Shown: positions 21,915-35,287, counted from the stretch's first letter. The stretch: DNA of 64,000 nt from an uncultured Gammaproteobacteria bacterium (GCA_963797555.1 CAWCPV010000007.1:256001-320000); one strand, 5' to 3'. Notes: generated from the sequence alone by a model not told the origin. A program made the numbers and translations.

Positions 21915-22132
21915 GGGTTTCCGAAGAAATCGCCCCGAGCGGCCCCAGAGCAAGCGCCCGGAGCGCTGCGACGAGACATATCGAGAGTCGATAGGCGAGA
22001 AGCGACCGAATGGCAGGACAGCCATTCGGCACATCCGCAGGACGCCCCAAGGGGGTGGCGGTACAGGGAGGTACGCCATGGCCGAATGGCAAGACAGCCA
22101 TTCGGCACGTCCGCGGACATGTGCACAAGCTC
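21915..22132 (-). mobile_element. MITE copy D with nested units, TGA duplication at hisC stop
   Basis: Aligns with reverse complement of copy B; TCA on both flanks (21912-14, 22133-35). Confidence 0.78.
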
Positions 22133-23236
22133 TCAGGGGTCTCGGAGCGCCCGCGCGAGACCAGCCAGGAATGCCTCGTTCTCTTCGGGTGTCCCGATGG
22201 TCACGCGAAGGCAGTCGGCCAGCAGGCCATGTGTTCCGGAGACATCCTTCACGAGGATGCCGAAGCGGCGCAGGGATTCGAACAAGCGGCGGGCCTGGCC
22301 TCGGGGCGCCCGGAACAGCAGGAAGTTCGCTCGGCTCGGATAGACGGTGATACCGGACAACTCCGCTATGGCCCGGTGCATCCGCTGACGTTCCGCACGG
22401 ATTGCGCGCGCTTGGGCTTCCAGCAGCTCGCCGTGTTGCAGGGCGAACGTCGCGCTGAGCTGCGTCAGAGTGCTGATGTTGTACGGCAGCCGCACCTTGT
22501 CCAGCTCTGCGATCCACGGTCGTGGACCCACCAGCATCCCCAGGCGCAGCCCGGCCAGCCCCAACTTCGAGACGGTGCGCAGCACCAACAGGTTGGGGTA
22601 CCTTTCCAGCGCCCCCATCAGCGTCTCCTCGGCAAAGGCATGATATGCCTCGTCGATGACGACCAGGCCCCGGCTGGCCTGGATCAAGACATGAAGGGCG
22701 CCGACGTCGAACAGGTTCCCGGTCGGATTGTTGGGATAGGACAGGAATACGACCGCGGGAGGACAGCGCTCGATGCCCTCCAGCAGGAGGTCGAGGTCCA
22801 GGGAGAAATCGATGCGCAGCGGCACCTCCCGGTATTCGAGCCCGGCAAAAGTGGCGATCAGCCGGTACATGGCGAAGGTGGGTGCGGGCGCGAGGACGGA
22901 TCGCTCAGGCCCTCCGACCGCCAGCAGGATGATCTGCAGCAGCTCGTCCGACCCGTTGCCCAGTAGGATATCCATCGAATCCGGCACGGCCATGGCCCGT
23001 CGCAGGGCAGCCTTGAGGGTCTGCGCTGCGGCGTCGGGGTAACGGTTGAGGTTAGCGCCCCGCAGGGCGGACAGCCAGGCTTCCAGCAGTTGGCCCGGCC
23101 ACGGATAGGGATTCTCCATGGCATCCAGCTTGATGAGGCCGGTGGCGTCGGGGACGTGGTACGCGCACAACTGCTGGATTTCGGGTCGAATCCACGCGGC
23201 TGCGAGCGAGCGCGTCGGGTCGACTTCGGCTCTCAT
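22133..23236 (-). CDS. hisC: Histidinol-phosphate aminotransferase
   Basis: [29 protein letters not shown]. Confidence 0.95.
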   Translation of the reverse strand: MRAEVDPTRSLAAAWIRPEIQQLCAYHVPDATGLIKLDAMENPYPWPGQLLEAWLSALRGANLNRYPDAAAQTLKAALRRAMAVPDSMDILLGNGSDELLQIILLAVGGPERSVLAPAPTFAMYRLIATFAGLEYREVPLRIDFSLDLDLLLEGIERCPPAVVFLSYPNNPTGNLFDVGALHVLIQASRGLVVIDEAYHAFAEETLMGALERYPNLLVLRTVSKLGLAGLRLGMLVGPRPWIAELDKVRLPYNISTLTQLSATFALQHGELLEAQARAIRAERQRMHRAIAELSGITVYPSRANFLLFRAPRGQARRLFESLRRFGILVKDVSGTHGLLADCLRVTIGTPEENEAFLAGLARALRDP

Positions 23237-24564
23237 TGAGTTTCCCGGCCCGCGCGTGCCCTACCCGTTCTGACGCGGTACTCCGCGGAACGAGCGTGGG
23301 CGGTGAGCCCTTCCCCTTGCGCCAGCACAGAAGCCAGGCGCCCCAGGACGGGCGCTCCCTCCGCGCTGCACGCGATGAGGCTCGATCTCTTCTGGAAGTC
23401 ATAGACCCCGAGGGGCGAGGAGAAACGTGCGGTGCGCGAGGTGGGGAGCACGTGATTCGGCCCGGCGCAGTAGTCTCCCATGGCCTCAGCGGTATGGCGC
23501 CCCAGAAATATGGCTCCGGCATGCCGGACCCTGGTCGCGGCCGCCTGGGGATCCGCAACGGATAGCTCCAGATGCTCGGGGGCGACGAAGTTGACGACCT
23601 GCAGAGCCTCGTCCAGATCGCGGGCCACGATGAATGCGCCGCGCGAGTCCAGTGCCTGCCGGATGATGTCGGCCCGCGGCATCTCGGGCAGCAATCGCGC
23701 CATGCTTTGCGCGACCTGCTCCAGGTAGGCGGGCAGAGGGCACACCAGGATGGCCTGGGCGTCCTCGTCGTGTTCGGCCTGGGAGAACAGGTCCATGGCG
23801 ATCCAGTCCGGGTCCGTCTTGCCGTCGCAGACCACCAGGATCTCGCTCGGCCCGGCGATCATGTCGATGCCCACCGTGCCGTACACCAGACGTTTGGCAG
23901 TGGCCACGTAGATGTTCCCGGGACCGACGATCTTGTCGACGCGAGGGATGGTCTCGGTGCCGTAGGCGAGGGCCGCGACCGCCTGGGCGCCCCCGATCGT
24001 GAATGCGCGGTCCACGCCTGCTAGGGCCGCGGCGGCAAACACCATGTCGTTCGCTTCGCCGCCCGGTGTGGGTACCACCATGACCACCTCGGGCACGCCG
24101 GCGACTTTCGCCGGGATGACGTTCATGAGCACGGTCGAGGGGTAAGCGGCCTTGCCCCCCGGGACATAGACCCCCACCCGGTCGAGGGCGGTGACCTGTT
24201 GTCCGAGAAGATTGCCGAGATCATCGCGATAGGACCACGAGCCCTGCTTCTGGTGCTCGTGATAGGAGCGGATGCGTGCCGCGGCTTCCGCCAGGGCTTG
24301 GTGCTGCTCTTGCGGCAAACCCGCGACGGCTTGGTCCAGACGTTCCCGGGGGATCTCCAGGCGCGCGGCCTCGTCAACGCTCAGGCGATCGAGGCTCCTC
24401 GTATAAGCCAGGAGCGCCCGGTCTCCTTGCCCACGGACTCGCTGCAGAATCTCGCGGACCGTCTCCTGCACTTGGTCGGCGACCTTGTCTTCCCAGGCAA
24501 GCAGCTGTTCTAGCTGGTGCCAGAACCCGGGGTCACTCGTGCTTAGGCGTCTGATGTGGAGCAT
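23233..24564 (-). CDS. hisD: Histidinol dehydrogenase
   Basis: [37 protein letters not shown]. Confidence 0.96.
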   Translation of the reverse strand: MLHIRRLSTSDPGFWHQLEQLLAWEDKVADQVQETVREILQRVRGQGDRALLAYTRSLDRLSVDEAARLEIPRERLDQAVAGLPQEQHQALAEAAARIRSYHEHQKQGSWSYRDDLGNLLGQQVTALDRVGVYVPGGKAAYPSTVLMNVIPAKVAGVPEVVMVVPTPGGEANDMVFAAAALAGVDRAFTIGGAQAVAALAYGTETIPRVDKIVGPGNIYVATAKRLVYGTVGIDMIAGPSEILVVCDGKTDPDWIAMDLFSQAEHDEDAQAILVCPLPAYLEQVAQSMARLLPEMPRADIIRQALDSRGAFIVARDLDEALQVVNFVAPEHLELSVADPQAAATRVRHAGAIFLGRHTAEAMGDYCAGPNHVLPTSRTARFSSPLGVYDFQKRSSLIACSAEGAPVLGRLASVLAQGEGLTAHARSAEYRVRTGRARAGRETQ

Positions 24565-24696
24565 CGCGTACCAGGGCCGGCTTCCTCAACCCGTCACGAG
24601 CATATCAGTCCTGGTCCGCTGCCGGCAAAGAGCCGCCCACCCGCCCGACCGCGCGGGGACGTGGCCGCTCACTGGATGCGATGATCAGCCGGTCAT

Positions 24697-26582
<1,886 letters not shown>

Positions 26583-26599
<17 letters not shown>

Positions 26600-27200
26600 G
26601 GTTGCGCGAGGCGATGGTCGTGATCAGGTGATCCAAGCCGCTCTTCTGGATCTCGGTGGCGAACGAGCTGCGATAGTTGGTCACCAGGCTTACGCCGCTC
26701 ACCGTGACGTCATAGACCTTCCATTCGCCGCCCTCGAGAGTCATGCGGTAGTCGATGGGTACCGGCAAGGCGCCAGGTGGCTCGACCTCGCTGTGTACCA
26801 TGACGTCGGTAGCTCCTGGTGCGGCGCGCAAAGGTCCCACGGTGATCTTTTGATCGGTGTAGTCGAGCAGGGCGACGGCGTACGTGCGGACCAGTAGGGC
26901 GCGAAACGCCTCGGCGAATCGCTGGCGCTGCTCCGCGGTCGCGGTCCGCCAATACCGGCCGAGCACGAGGCGTGACATGCGCGCGAAGTCGAAGTGCGGC
27001 AGGACAATGGACTCCACCAACGCGTAAAGGCGTTCCGGGTGTTGCTTGAGCGAGTCATGGTCGGCTCTGAGCACCCCCATCATGCGCTGCGTCGTGTCCT
27101 CGACCAGCTTCACGGGGGAGGGCGTGGGGTCGGCGCCAGAGATCTGCGGCCCGAGGAGCAGCACAAGGGGCAATAGTGCGTTGAGGACAGGGCGTTCCAC
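26583..27200 (-). CDS. mlaC: Phospholipid-binding periplasmic protein
   Basis: FDFARMSRLVLG, WKVYDV..GVSLVTNYRSSF. Confidence 0.92.
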
Positions 27201-27277
27201 GGTCTGGCTCCTCTCTTAGGTTGATGGCGTCGGGCCGAGTTTAATGCCCGGAAGGTTCCTCCGACGGACGGCGATTC

Positions 27278-27772
27278 TCAGCGCCGCGGCGGGGAGTCTC
27301 TCCCCAAGCTGTCCTGCGCCTTGCTGGAAAGAAACTGCCCGATCATGCGTTCCAGGACCAGCGCGGACTGTGTCAGCGTAATCTGGCCCCCGGGTTTCAG
27401 GACAGTCTCGTCGCCGCCGGGCTCCAGGGCAATGTAGTTCTCCCCCAACAGGCCCGTAGTGTAGATGCTGGCGCTCGTATCCTGGGGAAGGCGCAAATTG
27501 CGGCCGTCGATGGTCATGGTGACGACGGCCTCGTAAGTGGTGGGGTCGAGGCCGATCTTCGTCACCCGTCCGATGGCGACCCCCGCGACGGTTACGGGCG
27601 CCCGTATTTTGAGCCCCCCGATATCCTGGAATTTGGCGTGCAACGGATACCCCTCGCCCGTGGAGATGACGGTGAGGTTGCTCACTTTCATGGCGAGCAT
27701 GAACAGCGCAGCTAAGCCAAGCGCCACAAATGTCCCGACCATGATCTCTACGGTGCGGCTCTGCATTTTCAT
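27278..27772 (-). CDS. mlaD: MCE-domain protein
   Basis: FQDIGGLK, GVAIGRV, TTGLLGENYI. Confidence 0.93.
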   Translation of the reverse strand: MKMQSRTVEIMVGTFVALGLAALFMLAMKVSNLTVISTGEGYPLHAKFQDIGGLKIRAPVTVAGVAIGRVTKIGLDPTTYEAVVTMTIDGRNLRLPQDTSASIYTTGLLGENYIALEPGGDETVLKPGGQITLTQSALVLERMIGQFLSSKAQDSLGRDSPPRR

Positions 27773-27828
27773 GTCAGGTGCCCGAATCGCTCCAATCTGC
27801 AGACGGCTGCCGAACCCGTGGACCCGGC

Positions 27829-28611
27829 TTACGGTTGCCCGAACATGAGGGCGGTCAACAGAAAATCCAGCCCCAGGACCGCGAGGGCCGTGTTCACGAC
27901 GGTGCGGGTCGTAGCCCGACTGACCCCTTCGGCCGTCGGGATGCAGTCATAACCCTGGAACACCGCGATCCAGCTCGCTACGAAGCCGAACACGACGCTC
28001 TTGATGGTGCCGTTGATCACATCCTGGTAGAAGTCTACGCGAGCCTGCATCTGGGACCAGAAGGCTCCTGCGTTGATGCCCAGCAGGTCTACCGCCACGA
28101 GGTAGCCGCCGATGACGCCCACTGCGCTGAACAGCGCGGCGAGCAGGGGCATCGCGAGCACGCCGCCAAGGAAACGCGGCGCCGCAATGCGTGCCAGAGG
28201 GTCCACGGCCATCATCTCCATGGCCGAGAGCTGCTCCGTGGCCTTCATCAGGCCGATCTCGGCGGTCAGAGCGGTGCCCGCGCGCCCGGCGAACAGCAGC
28301 GCCGAGACGACCGGCCCCAGCTCACGGACCAGAGACAGAGCGACCACCACCCCGATGGACTCCTCGGCGCTGAACCGCACCAGCGTGTTGTAGCCCTGCA
28401 AGCCGAGGACCATGCCCACGAATAACCCCGAGACCAGTACGATGACCGCGGACAAGACCCCGGCAGCGTAAACTTGCTGGATCACCAGCCGCGGCCTTGG
28501 AAGCACCTCCGGCATCCCCATGAACATCTGGACCAGAAGGAGGCTCGCGCGTCCCAGACCCTGGACCGTGCCGAGCGAGAAGCGTCCCAGGTCCTGCAGT
28601 AAGCCGATCAA
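27829..28611 (-). CDS. mlaE: Mla ABC permease
   Basis: RELGPV, AEIGLMKATEQ, GVSRATTRTVV. Confidence 0.94.
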   Translation of the reverse strand: MIGLLQDLGRFSLGTVQGLGRASLLLVQMFMGMPEVLPRPRLVIQQVYAAGVLSAVIVLVSGLFVGMVLGLQGYNTLVRFSAEESIGVVVALSLVRELGPVVSALLFAGRAGTALTAEIGLMKATEQLSAMEMMAVDPLARIAAPRFLGGVLAMPLLAALFSAVGVIGGYLVAVDLLGINAGAFWSQMQARVDFYQDVINGTIKSVVFGFVASWIAVFQGYDCIPTAEGVSRATTRTVVNTALAVLGLDFLLTALMFGQP

Positions 28612-29426
28612 CGCAGCAGATCCTGGGCGTAATCAGGTGCCGGATAGTGGAAGGGTACGGGTCCGTCCGGCAGGCCCTTCAGGAACTGGTTCACCCACTC
28701 GGACCGGGAGTCCTCGAGCTGGTCGGGGCTACCCTGCGCGACCACCCTGCCGTCGCTCACGACGTAAACCCAGTCGGCTATGGATGCGGTCTCGCGCACG
28801 TCGTGCGATACCACAATGCTGGTCAGGCCGAGTGCATCGTTGAGCCGGCGGATGAGTTTGAGCAGGACACCCATGGAAATTGGGTCCTGTCCCGTGAACG
28901 GCTCGTCGTACATGACCATCATCGGATCCAGAGCAATGGCGCGGGCGAGAGCCACGCGGTGCGCCATGCCGCCCGAAAGCTCGCTCGGCATCAGGTGCGC
29001 CGCGCCGCGCAGCCCGACCGCCTGCAGCTTGATCAGCACCAAGTTCCGAATCATGCGCTCCGGGAGGCGGATATGCTCGCGCAGCGGGAAGGCGACGTTC
29101 TCGAACACGTCCAGATCGGTCAGCAGCGCCCCGCTCTGGAACAGCATGCCCATGCGTTTGCGCAGCCGGTACAGGCGTTCCCCCGTCAGCTCGTTGACCA
29201 GCTCGCCGTCCACGTGAATGGTGCCCCGCGATGGCCGCAGTTGGCCACCGATCAGACGTAGCAGGGTCGTCTTGCCGGTGCCGCTGGGCCCCATGATAGC
29301 GGTGATCTGTCCCCGCTGGACGGTGATGTCGACCTCGTCGAAGATCACCCGAGGGCCGCGGGTGAAGCGCATTCCCCGGATCTGGACCAGCGGCTCGGCC
29401 TGCGAGTTCGCTGCAGTTGAACTCAT
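28608..29426 (-). CDS. mlaF: Mla ABC ATP-binding protein
   Basis: GPSGTGKT, LFQSGAL, LSGGM, YDEPFTGQDP. Confidence 0.93.
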   Translation of the reverse strand: MSSTAANSQAEPLVQIRGMRFTRGPRVIFDEVDITVQRGQITAIMGPSGTGKTTLLRLIGGQLRPSRGTIHVDGELVNELTGERLYRLRKRMGMLFQSGALLTDLDVFENVAFPLREHIRLPERMIRNLVLIKLQAVGLRGAAHLMPSELSGGMAHRVALARAIALDPMMVMYDEPFTGQDPISMGVLLKLIRRLNDALGLTSIVVSHDVRETASIADWVYVVSDGRVVAQGSPDQLEDSRSEWVNQFLKGLPDGPVPFHYPAPDYAQDLLR

Positions 29427-29913
29427 CGGAACTGTGGACCGACCGGCATGGGGGTGTTCGCGGCGGTTGGGCGGAGAGGTTGCGGGTTGTGGGCGCGATG
29501 TACGTTGGCGTGACGACGAGAACGGCAACGAGACGCCTGTCAGCGGAAACTCCCCGGTTAGAGGGCGACTCACGCGCGGCTATTCTATCGCATCCACGGG
29601 CCTGGGTGGCACCGGGAGCTGGATCGGGGAGCGGAGTGTCCAGTCCTCCGGCAAATTCTCCGCCAAAACCTGTCGCGTCGGGCGGCGTGCATCCACCGGC
29701 GTGCGCCGACGAGGATCTCGGTCATCAGGCGTCTCCGCCGCACGACCGTTGGCGCGCAGTGTCCGGCGGCTGCGGTGCGCCCAGGAGGAAGCCGACAATC
29801 CTGACGCTGGCGGACCCGATGTGTTCGTGCACCTGCGTTTGCATCAATGTGTGCAGTGAAGTACTATCTTCCCCTTTTTGGGGTTGACCCGCGCGGGATT
29901 GCGCATCACCCGA

Positions 29914-29966
29914 CGACTCCTTGCCTTCGTGCTAGGCGAAGGCTGCTCAAACCGTAAGGAGAGCCC
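29914..29966 (+). promoter_or_regulatory. rpsF leader (S6:S18-binding type)
   Basis: ctcctt can pair with SD aaggag, enclosing hairpin ccttcg/cgaagg and a CCG next to the SD. Confidence 0.6.
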
Positions 29967-30365
29967 ATGCACCATTACGAAATCGTCTTGCTGGTCCACC
30001 CCGACCAGAGTGAGCAGGTGCCGGCTATGATCGAACGCTACCGTAATGCCATCACGACGGCTGGCGGCGTGGTCCACAGGCTGGAGGATTGGGGCAGGCG
30101 GCAACTCGCCTACTCCATCGGAAAGGTACACAAGGCGCACTACATACTGATGAATGTCGAGTGCCCGGTGGAAACGGTAAACGAGCTGACGTCGGGTTTC
30201 CGTTTCAACGACGCTATCCTGCGGCATTTGGTCATTCACCGCGAAGAGGCCGTGTCCGAGCCGTCCCCGCTGGTCAAGACCAGGGATGAGCGCCACGAGG
30301 CCAGTGCCGCTCCGTCGGAAGCTCGCACAGAGGGCGCGCAGGACGCCGCGGTGGCCCCTGAATAA
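29967..30365 (+). CDS. rpsF: 30S ribosomal protein S6
   Basis: [35 protein letters not shown]. Confidence 0.97.
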   Translation: MHHYEIVLLVHPDQSEQVPAMIERYRNAITTAGGVVHRLEDWGRRQLAYSIGKVHKAHYILMNVECPVETVNELTSGFRFNDAILRHLVIHREEAVSEPSPLVKTRDERHEASAAPSEARTEGAQDAAVAPE

Positions 30366-30687
30366 CAGCACCGCCGCAGCCAACCAGTTGGTAATCACGG
30401 GCACGGTACGCGGTGAGCCGCAGACCCGTTGCAGCCCGGCGGGCATACCGATCTCCCGTTTTGTCGTGGACCACCAGTCACAGCAAGAGGAGGCAGGCAT
30501 GCCCCGGACCGCCGCGTGCAGCGTTGTCGTGTTCGCCGCTGGCGCGGCCCTTCAGCCCATCGTAGGGCGCCTCGGGCCAGGCCGCCGCGTGTGCATCAGC
30601 GGGTTCCTCAACCTGCGACGTGACCGCCGTGGCGTGAGGCATCTGGTGTTGCATGCACAGTCCATCGAGGATCGGGATCACAACTAG
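30358..30687 (+). CDS. priB: Primosomal replication protein N (start uncertain)
   Basis: [31 protein letters not shown]; between rpsF and rpsR. Confidence 0.88.
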   Translation: MNNSTAAANQLVITGTVRGEPQTRCSPAGIPISRFVVDHQSQQEEAGMPRTAACSVVVFAAGAALQPIVGRLGPGRRVCISGFLNLRRDRRGVRHLVLHAQSIEDRDHN

Positions 30688-30708
30688 CTCTAGGCGAAGG
30701 AGAGTCGC

Positions 30709-30939
30709 ATGTCACGCTACTTTCGGCGCAGGAAATATTGCCGGTTTACGGCGGAAGGGGTCAAGGAGATCGATTACAAGGATATCGCGACCCTGAAGGA
30801 GTTCATTACCGAGACCGGCAAGATCGTGCCCAGCCGCATCACCGGTACCAAGGCCCGCTACCAGCGGCAACTGGCCACCGCCATCAAGCGGGCACGGTTT
30901 CTGGGGCTGATTCCCTATACCGATCGGCACCACCACTGA
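30709..30939 (+). CDS. rpsR: 30S ribosomal protein S18
   Basis: [23 protein letters not shown]. Confidence 0.97.
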   Translation: MSRYFRRRKYCRFTAEGVKEIDYKDIATLKEFITETGKIVPSRITGTKARYQRQLATAIKRARFLGLIPYTDRHHH

Positions 30940-31032
30940 ACATCCCTCGGGCGGCGAGGCCGGTGCCGTGCGCGACGGATGATCGGGGTTTTCGCGGACG
31001 AGGCGTAGGAGCGGGCCGGCTGAGGCTACTCG

Positions 31033-31956
31033 GTGCGCGCACTGGCGGAGTACATTCTCAAGGGGCCAATGCAGGCGTCCCTGGTGGGCACGACCTGTGC
31101 GCTGCTCGCGTTGCTGAGCCCGTTCACGGCCTGGCTCAGTTACCTCAGCGGCTCCGCCGTGGCGCTGGTGACGCTGCGGCAGGGTGCACAACGCGGCCTC
31201 CTGGCGATCGCCGCCACCACCGTCGCAACCGCGGTCCTCGGCGAGCTGGTACTGGGGAGCTATGCTCCCGCAGTGGTGTTCACGTTGGCCCTGTGGATGC
31301 CGTTGTGGCTGCTCGCGGCGGTGCTGTATTACACGCGCTCCTTGGCGCTGGCGGTGCAGGTGGGGGGCCTGCTTGGGGGAGTCTGGGTGGTCGCGAGTTA
31401 CGCCTGGCTCGGCAACCCGGTGCACTGGTGGCGGGAGCTGCTGGAGCAGATCCGTCCGGTGCTGGTGGAGGCCGAGCAGCACGCCGGCATGACGCCCAAC
31501 GTGGGTGCGCTGTTGGACACCATGGCGGGCTACATGACCGGGGCGCTGGCTGCCGTGCTCGCGGCGAGCGCCGTACTCAACCTGATGTTGACGCGCGGGT
31601 GGCAGGCCGCCCTGTTCAACCCCGGCGGGTTCGCCCTGGAGTTCCGGGGCCTGCGCCTGGGGCGCTATGCGGCCGCAGCCGTGATAGGGCTCGTGGTGAT
31701 GGCGACGGTCGGCGGTTCCGGTCTGGGCGCCATGGCGCGGGACATGCTGTGGGTGGGCGCTGCGATCTATCTGGTGGCCGGCCTGGGCCTGGTCCACGGC
31801 CTGGTGGCCCGTACCAGGGCTCATAAGGGTTGGCTGGTCGGAATTTACGTGGTCCTGACGATCGCCCCGGTTTACGGTACGTTGCTTCTGGCCCTGGCCG
31901 GTCTTGCGGATAGCTTGCTGGACGTGCGGCGGTTGGTTCCGGAAGCCGGTAACTGA
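31033..31956 (+). CDS. DUF2232-like membrane protein
   Basis: LVTLRQG, RGWQAALFNPGGF; typical rpsR-rplI position. Confidence 0.8.
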   Translation: MRALAEYILKGPMQASLVGTTCALLALLSPFTAWLSYLSGSAVALVTLRQGAQRGLLAIAATTVATAVLGELVLGSYAPAVVFTLALWMPLWLLAAVLYYTRSLALAVQVGGLLGGVWVVASYAWLGNPVHWWRELLEQIRPVLVEAEQHAGMTPNVGALLDTMAGYMTGALAAVLAASAVLNLMLTRGWQAALFNPGGFALEFRGLRLGRYAAAAVIGLVVMATVGGSGLGAMARDMLWVGAAIYLVAGLGLVHGLVARTRAHKGWLVGIYVVLTIAPVYGTLLLALAGLADSLLDVRRLVPEAGN

Positions 31957-32013
31957 TTGACGCGCGGACAGGCTGTCATGGAGTCGTGCGAGGCGCTTGG
32001 GAGGTAAGAGACG

Positions 32014-32466
32014 ATGGAAGTCATTCTGCTTGAAAAGGTGGAAAATCTTGGGAAGGTGGGCGACCGCGTGGCGGTGCGTCCCGGATATGCGAGGAACTAT
32101 CTGTTGCCGAGGCGTAAGGCGCTGCCCGCCACCCCTGAGAATCTGGCTACGGTCGAAGCCCGGCGCGCCGATCTGGAGCAAGCTGCGTCGGACCACATGG
32201 GAGCCGCCAAGACCCGCAGCCAGGCATTGAAGAACGTCACGGTGACCATTGCCCGCAAGGCGGGTACGGAGGGCAGGCTGTTTGGATCGGTGGGCGCCGC
32301 GGACGTTGCAGAGGCCCTCACGGCGACGGTGGGGTTCCCCGTGCAGAAGCATCAGGTTCGTCTGCCGGCCGGGCCGCTGCGCGAGCTGGGCGACTACGAG
32401 GTGGTGATTCACCTGCATGCGGATGTGAATGCCACGGTGAAGGTCAGTATCGTCGCTGAGGTCTGA
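32014..32466 (+). CDS. rplI: 50S ribosomal protein L9
   Basis: MEVILLEKV, PGYARNYLLP, GRLFGSV. Confidence 0.97.
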   Translation: MEVILLEKVENLGKVGDRVAVRPGYARNYLLPRRKALPATPENLATVEARRADLEQAASDHMGAAKTRSQALKNVTVTIARKAGTEGRLFGSVGAADVAEALTATVGFPVQKHQVRLPAGPLRELGDYEVVIHLHADVNATVKVSIVAEV

Positions 32467-32529
32467 GTCGAATCGGGCCGGCACCGGAGATCCGAGGCTT
32501 TCTCGGGATCCGCGGGAGGATGGCGCCCG

Positions 32530-33931
32530 ATGGGGGTGGCGAACGACGGGGGGGAACTGCTAGCAGCGCCGGATACGGCCACGGAGGCGCTGCGGTTACC
32601 ACCGCACTCCATTGACGCCGAGCAGTCCGTGCTGGGCGGGCTGATGCTCGACAACAACGCCTGGGACACGGCGGCGGACCGGGTGTCGGAGGCGGATTTC
32701 TATCGGCGCGACCATCGTCTCATCTTTCGAGCCATCCATGCGCTGGCCGAGAAAGGCAGCCCGTTCGACGCAGTGACCCTGTCGGAGTGGCTGGGCGGTC
32801 AGAACCTGCTGGCGGAGACGGGCGGCCTGGCCTACCTGGGAGCCTTGGCCAAGAACACCCCTAGCGCGGCCAACATCCGGGCATACGCCGACATCGTCCG
32901 GGAGCGCGCCGTCCTGCGGCGGCTCATAAGCGTCGGGACGGAGATCGTCGACAGCGCCTTCTACCCCGCGGGCCGCGACAGCAAGACCCTGCTGGATGAA
33001 GCGGAGCAGCGCGTCTTCCAGATTGCCGAACAGATCGCCCGCCACCGCAGCAGTGTTCGGTCCATCAAGGAGTTGCTGGTCAAGGCGGTCGAGCGTATCG
33101 ACACCCTTTTCCAGCTCGACAACCCGATCACCGGCGTGCCCACCGGCTTCCCCGACCTCGACCACCTCACGGCGGGACTGCAGCCTTCGGATCTCGTCAT
33201 CGTCGCAGGGCGCCCGTCCATGGGAAAGACGGCGCTTGCCATCAACATGGCCGAACATGTCGTGATCAAGACGCACCGGCCAGTGGTGGTGTTCAGCATG
33301 GAAATGCCGGGGGAGCAGCTCGCCATGCGCATGATGTCGTCGCTCGCGCGCATCGACCAGCACAAGGTGCGCACCGGCAAGCTCGAAGACGAAGACTGGC
33401 CGCGCCTGACCTCCGCTGTCAGCTTGCTCGCCGACGCCCCGCTGTTCATCGACGACACCGCGGCCATGACCCCCACCGAGATCCGAGCCCGTTGCCGCCG
33501 CCTGAAGCGGGAGCATGATCTCGGCTTGGTGGTGGTCGATTATCTCCAGCTCATGCAGGTTCCGGGCGGCAAGGAGAGCCGCGCCATGGAGATCTCGGAG
33601 ATCTCCCGTTCGTTGAAGGCGCTGGCCAAGGAGCTGGATGTGCCCGTCGTCGCGCTGTCCCAGCTCAACCGCAGCTTGGAGCAACGTCCGGACAAGCGCC
33701 CGCGCATGGCGGACTTGCGCGAGTCCGGCGCCATCGAGCAGGATGCAGAACGTCATCGTGTTCATTTACCGCGACGAGGTCTATAACCCCGACAGCGCGG
33801 ACAAGGGGAAGGCCGAGATCATCGTCGCCAAGCAGCGTAACGGGCCCATTGGGACTGTCCCGCTGACCTTTCTCGGCCAGTACACCCGCTTCGAGAGCTA
33901 CGCCGCACAGGGCTACAGCGACAGGTTCTGA
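32530..33931 (+). CDS. dnaB: Replicative DNA helicase (+1 frameshift near 33750)
   Basis: PPHSIDAEQSVLG, GRPSMGKT, DYLQL, LRESGAIEQDA; C-terminus (FIYRDEVYN, KQRNGP) in the +1 frame. Confidence 0.95.
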
Positions 33932-33933
33932 GC

Positions 33934-35055
33934 ATGGCGCGCGCCCGTGAGGCGATTATCGACCTGGGCGCACTGCGGCTGAATCTCCAGCGCGTGCGGC
34001 GCGCAGCGCCCCGCTCGCGCGTCGTCGCCGTCATCAAGGCCGACGGGTACGGGCACGGTATCGTTGCCGTGGCGCGCGCGCTTGAGGGGGCCGACGCACT
34101 CGGTGTGGCTTGCATGGAAGAGGCCATGGCGCTTCGCGGTGCAGGGATCGCGGCGCCCATCCTGCTGCTCGAGGGCGTCTTCGCCGCGGGTGAGCTGGCG
34201 GACGCCGCTGAGCACGCCCTGACGGTCGTGGTGCACATGGAAGAGCAGATCGCCATGCTGGAGGGCGTGCGGCTCCCGCGCCCGCTGGAGGTATGGGTCA
34301 AGGTCGACACCGGCATGCACCGCCTCGGTTTCCCGCCGCAGGCCGTGCCCGGGGCATTGCGGCGCCTGCGGGCCTGCCAGCAGGTCAGTCGCGTGTGCGG
34401 CCTGATGACCCACCTCGCCTGCGCCGACGATCTCGATCATCCGCTGACTCGCCAGCAGTGGTCCTGCCTGTCGAATGTTGCCGGCGGAGTGCAGGGGGAT
34501 CTCAGCGTGGCCAACTCCGCCGCCATCCTGGGCTGGCCCGACATGCACGTCGACTGGGTGCGGCCGGGCATCATGCTGTACGGGGTCTCTCCGTTTGCGG
34601 ACCGGGTTGGCACCGACCACGATCTGTCGCCGGTCATGACCCTCGGCTCGAACCTCATGGCGATAAAGCAGTGCAAGGGCGGGGAAGCGATCGGCTACGG
34701 GGCGAGCTGGACCTGCCCTGAAGACATGGCGGTCGGCGTGGTCTCCATCGGTTACGGCGACGGCTATCCGCGCCATGCGCCCTCCGGCACCCCGGTGCTC
34801 GTGAACGGCCGGCCCGCTGCGCTCATCGGCCGGGTCTCCATGGACATGCTCTACGTGGACCTGCGCGGCCACCCGCAAGCCCGCGTCGGCGACCCGGTCG
34901 TGCTGTGGGGGCGCGGCTTGCCGGTGGAGACGGTCGCACGCCAAGCCAACACCATCGGTTACGAGCTGCTGTGCCAGGTGACCCGCCGGGTGCCCAGGCG
35001 CCTGCTGGACGACGAAGCGGCTTCCAGCGGTGTCGCGAGTGCTCGATGGGCTTAA
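33934..35055 (+). CDS. alr: Alanine racemase
   Basis: VIKADGYGHG, KVDTGMHRLG, VRPGIMLYG, GRVSMDM. Confidence 0.96.
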   Translation: MARAREAIIDLGALRLNLQRVRRAAPRSRVVAVIKADGYGHGIVAVARALEGADALGVACMEEAMALRGAGIAAPILLLEGVFAAGELADAAEHALTVVVHMEEQIAMLEGVRLPRPLEVWVKVDTGMHRLGFPPQAVPGALRRLRACQQVSRVCGLMTHLACADDLDHPLTRQQWSCLSNVAGGVQGDLSVANSAAILGWPDMHVDWVRPGIMLYGVSPFADRVGTDHDLSPVMTLGSNLMAIKQCKGGEAIGYGASWTCPEDMAVGVVSIGYGDGYPRHAPSGTPVLVNGRPAALIGRVSMDMLYVDLRGHPQARVGDPVVLWGRGLPVETVARQANTIGYELLCQVTRRVPRRLLDDEAASSGVASARWA

Positions 35056-35111
35056 CCCGTCATGGCGCGATTCGCTGCCCCGAACCATGAAAACGGTTGA
35101 AGCGCCAAGAC

Positions 35112-35235
35112 GGGTTCCCTCACCCTTCCTCTCCCGCACCTTACCCCCGGCCCCTCTCCACAATCGTGAAGAGGGGTGCGATCGCACTCTTCTCCACTTC
35201 GTGGGGAAGGGTTGGGGAAGGGGCCGGGACAGGGG
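35112..35235. repeat. Intergenic palindromic REP-like element
   Basis: Pyrimidine-rich/purine-rich arms (cccctctcca..gaagagggg; ctctccacttcgtggggaagggttggggaagggg) between alr and radA. Confidence 0.5.
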
Positions 35236-35287
35236 ATTTTGCGGCGCCTTCGGCGCATTTTCATATTGATCATTGCACCCCGCGCCG

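Noticed and set aside
29795-29845. Cold-shock-like peptide PDAGGPDVFVHL
   Set aside because: No start codon or RNP1 motif; at most a tiny remnant
30712-32484. 590-aa minus-strand ORF and similar long antisense ORFs (52490-55048, 35270-36841, 13043-14377, 48160-49278)
   Set aside because: Shadow frames of real genes in high-GC DNA
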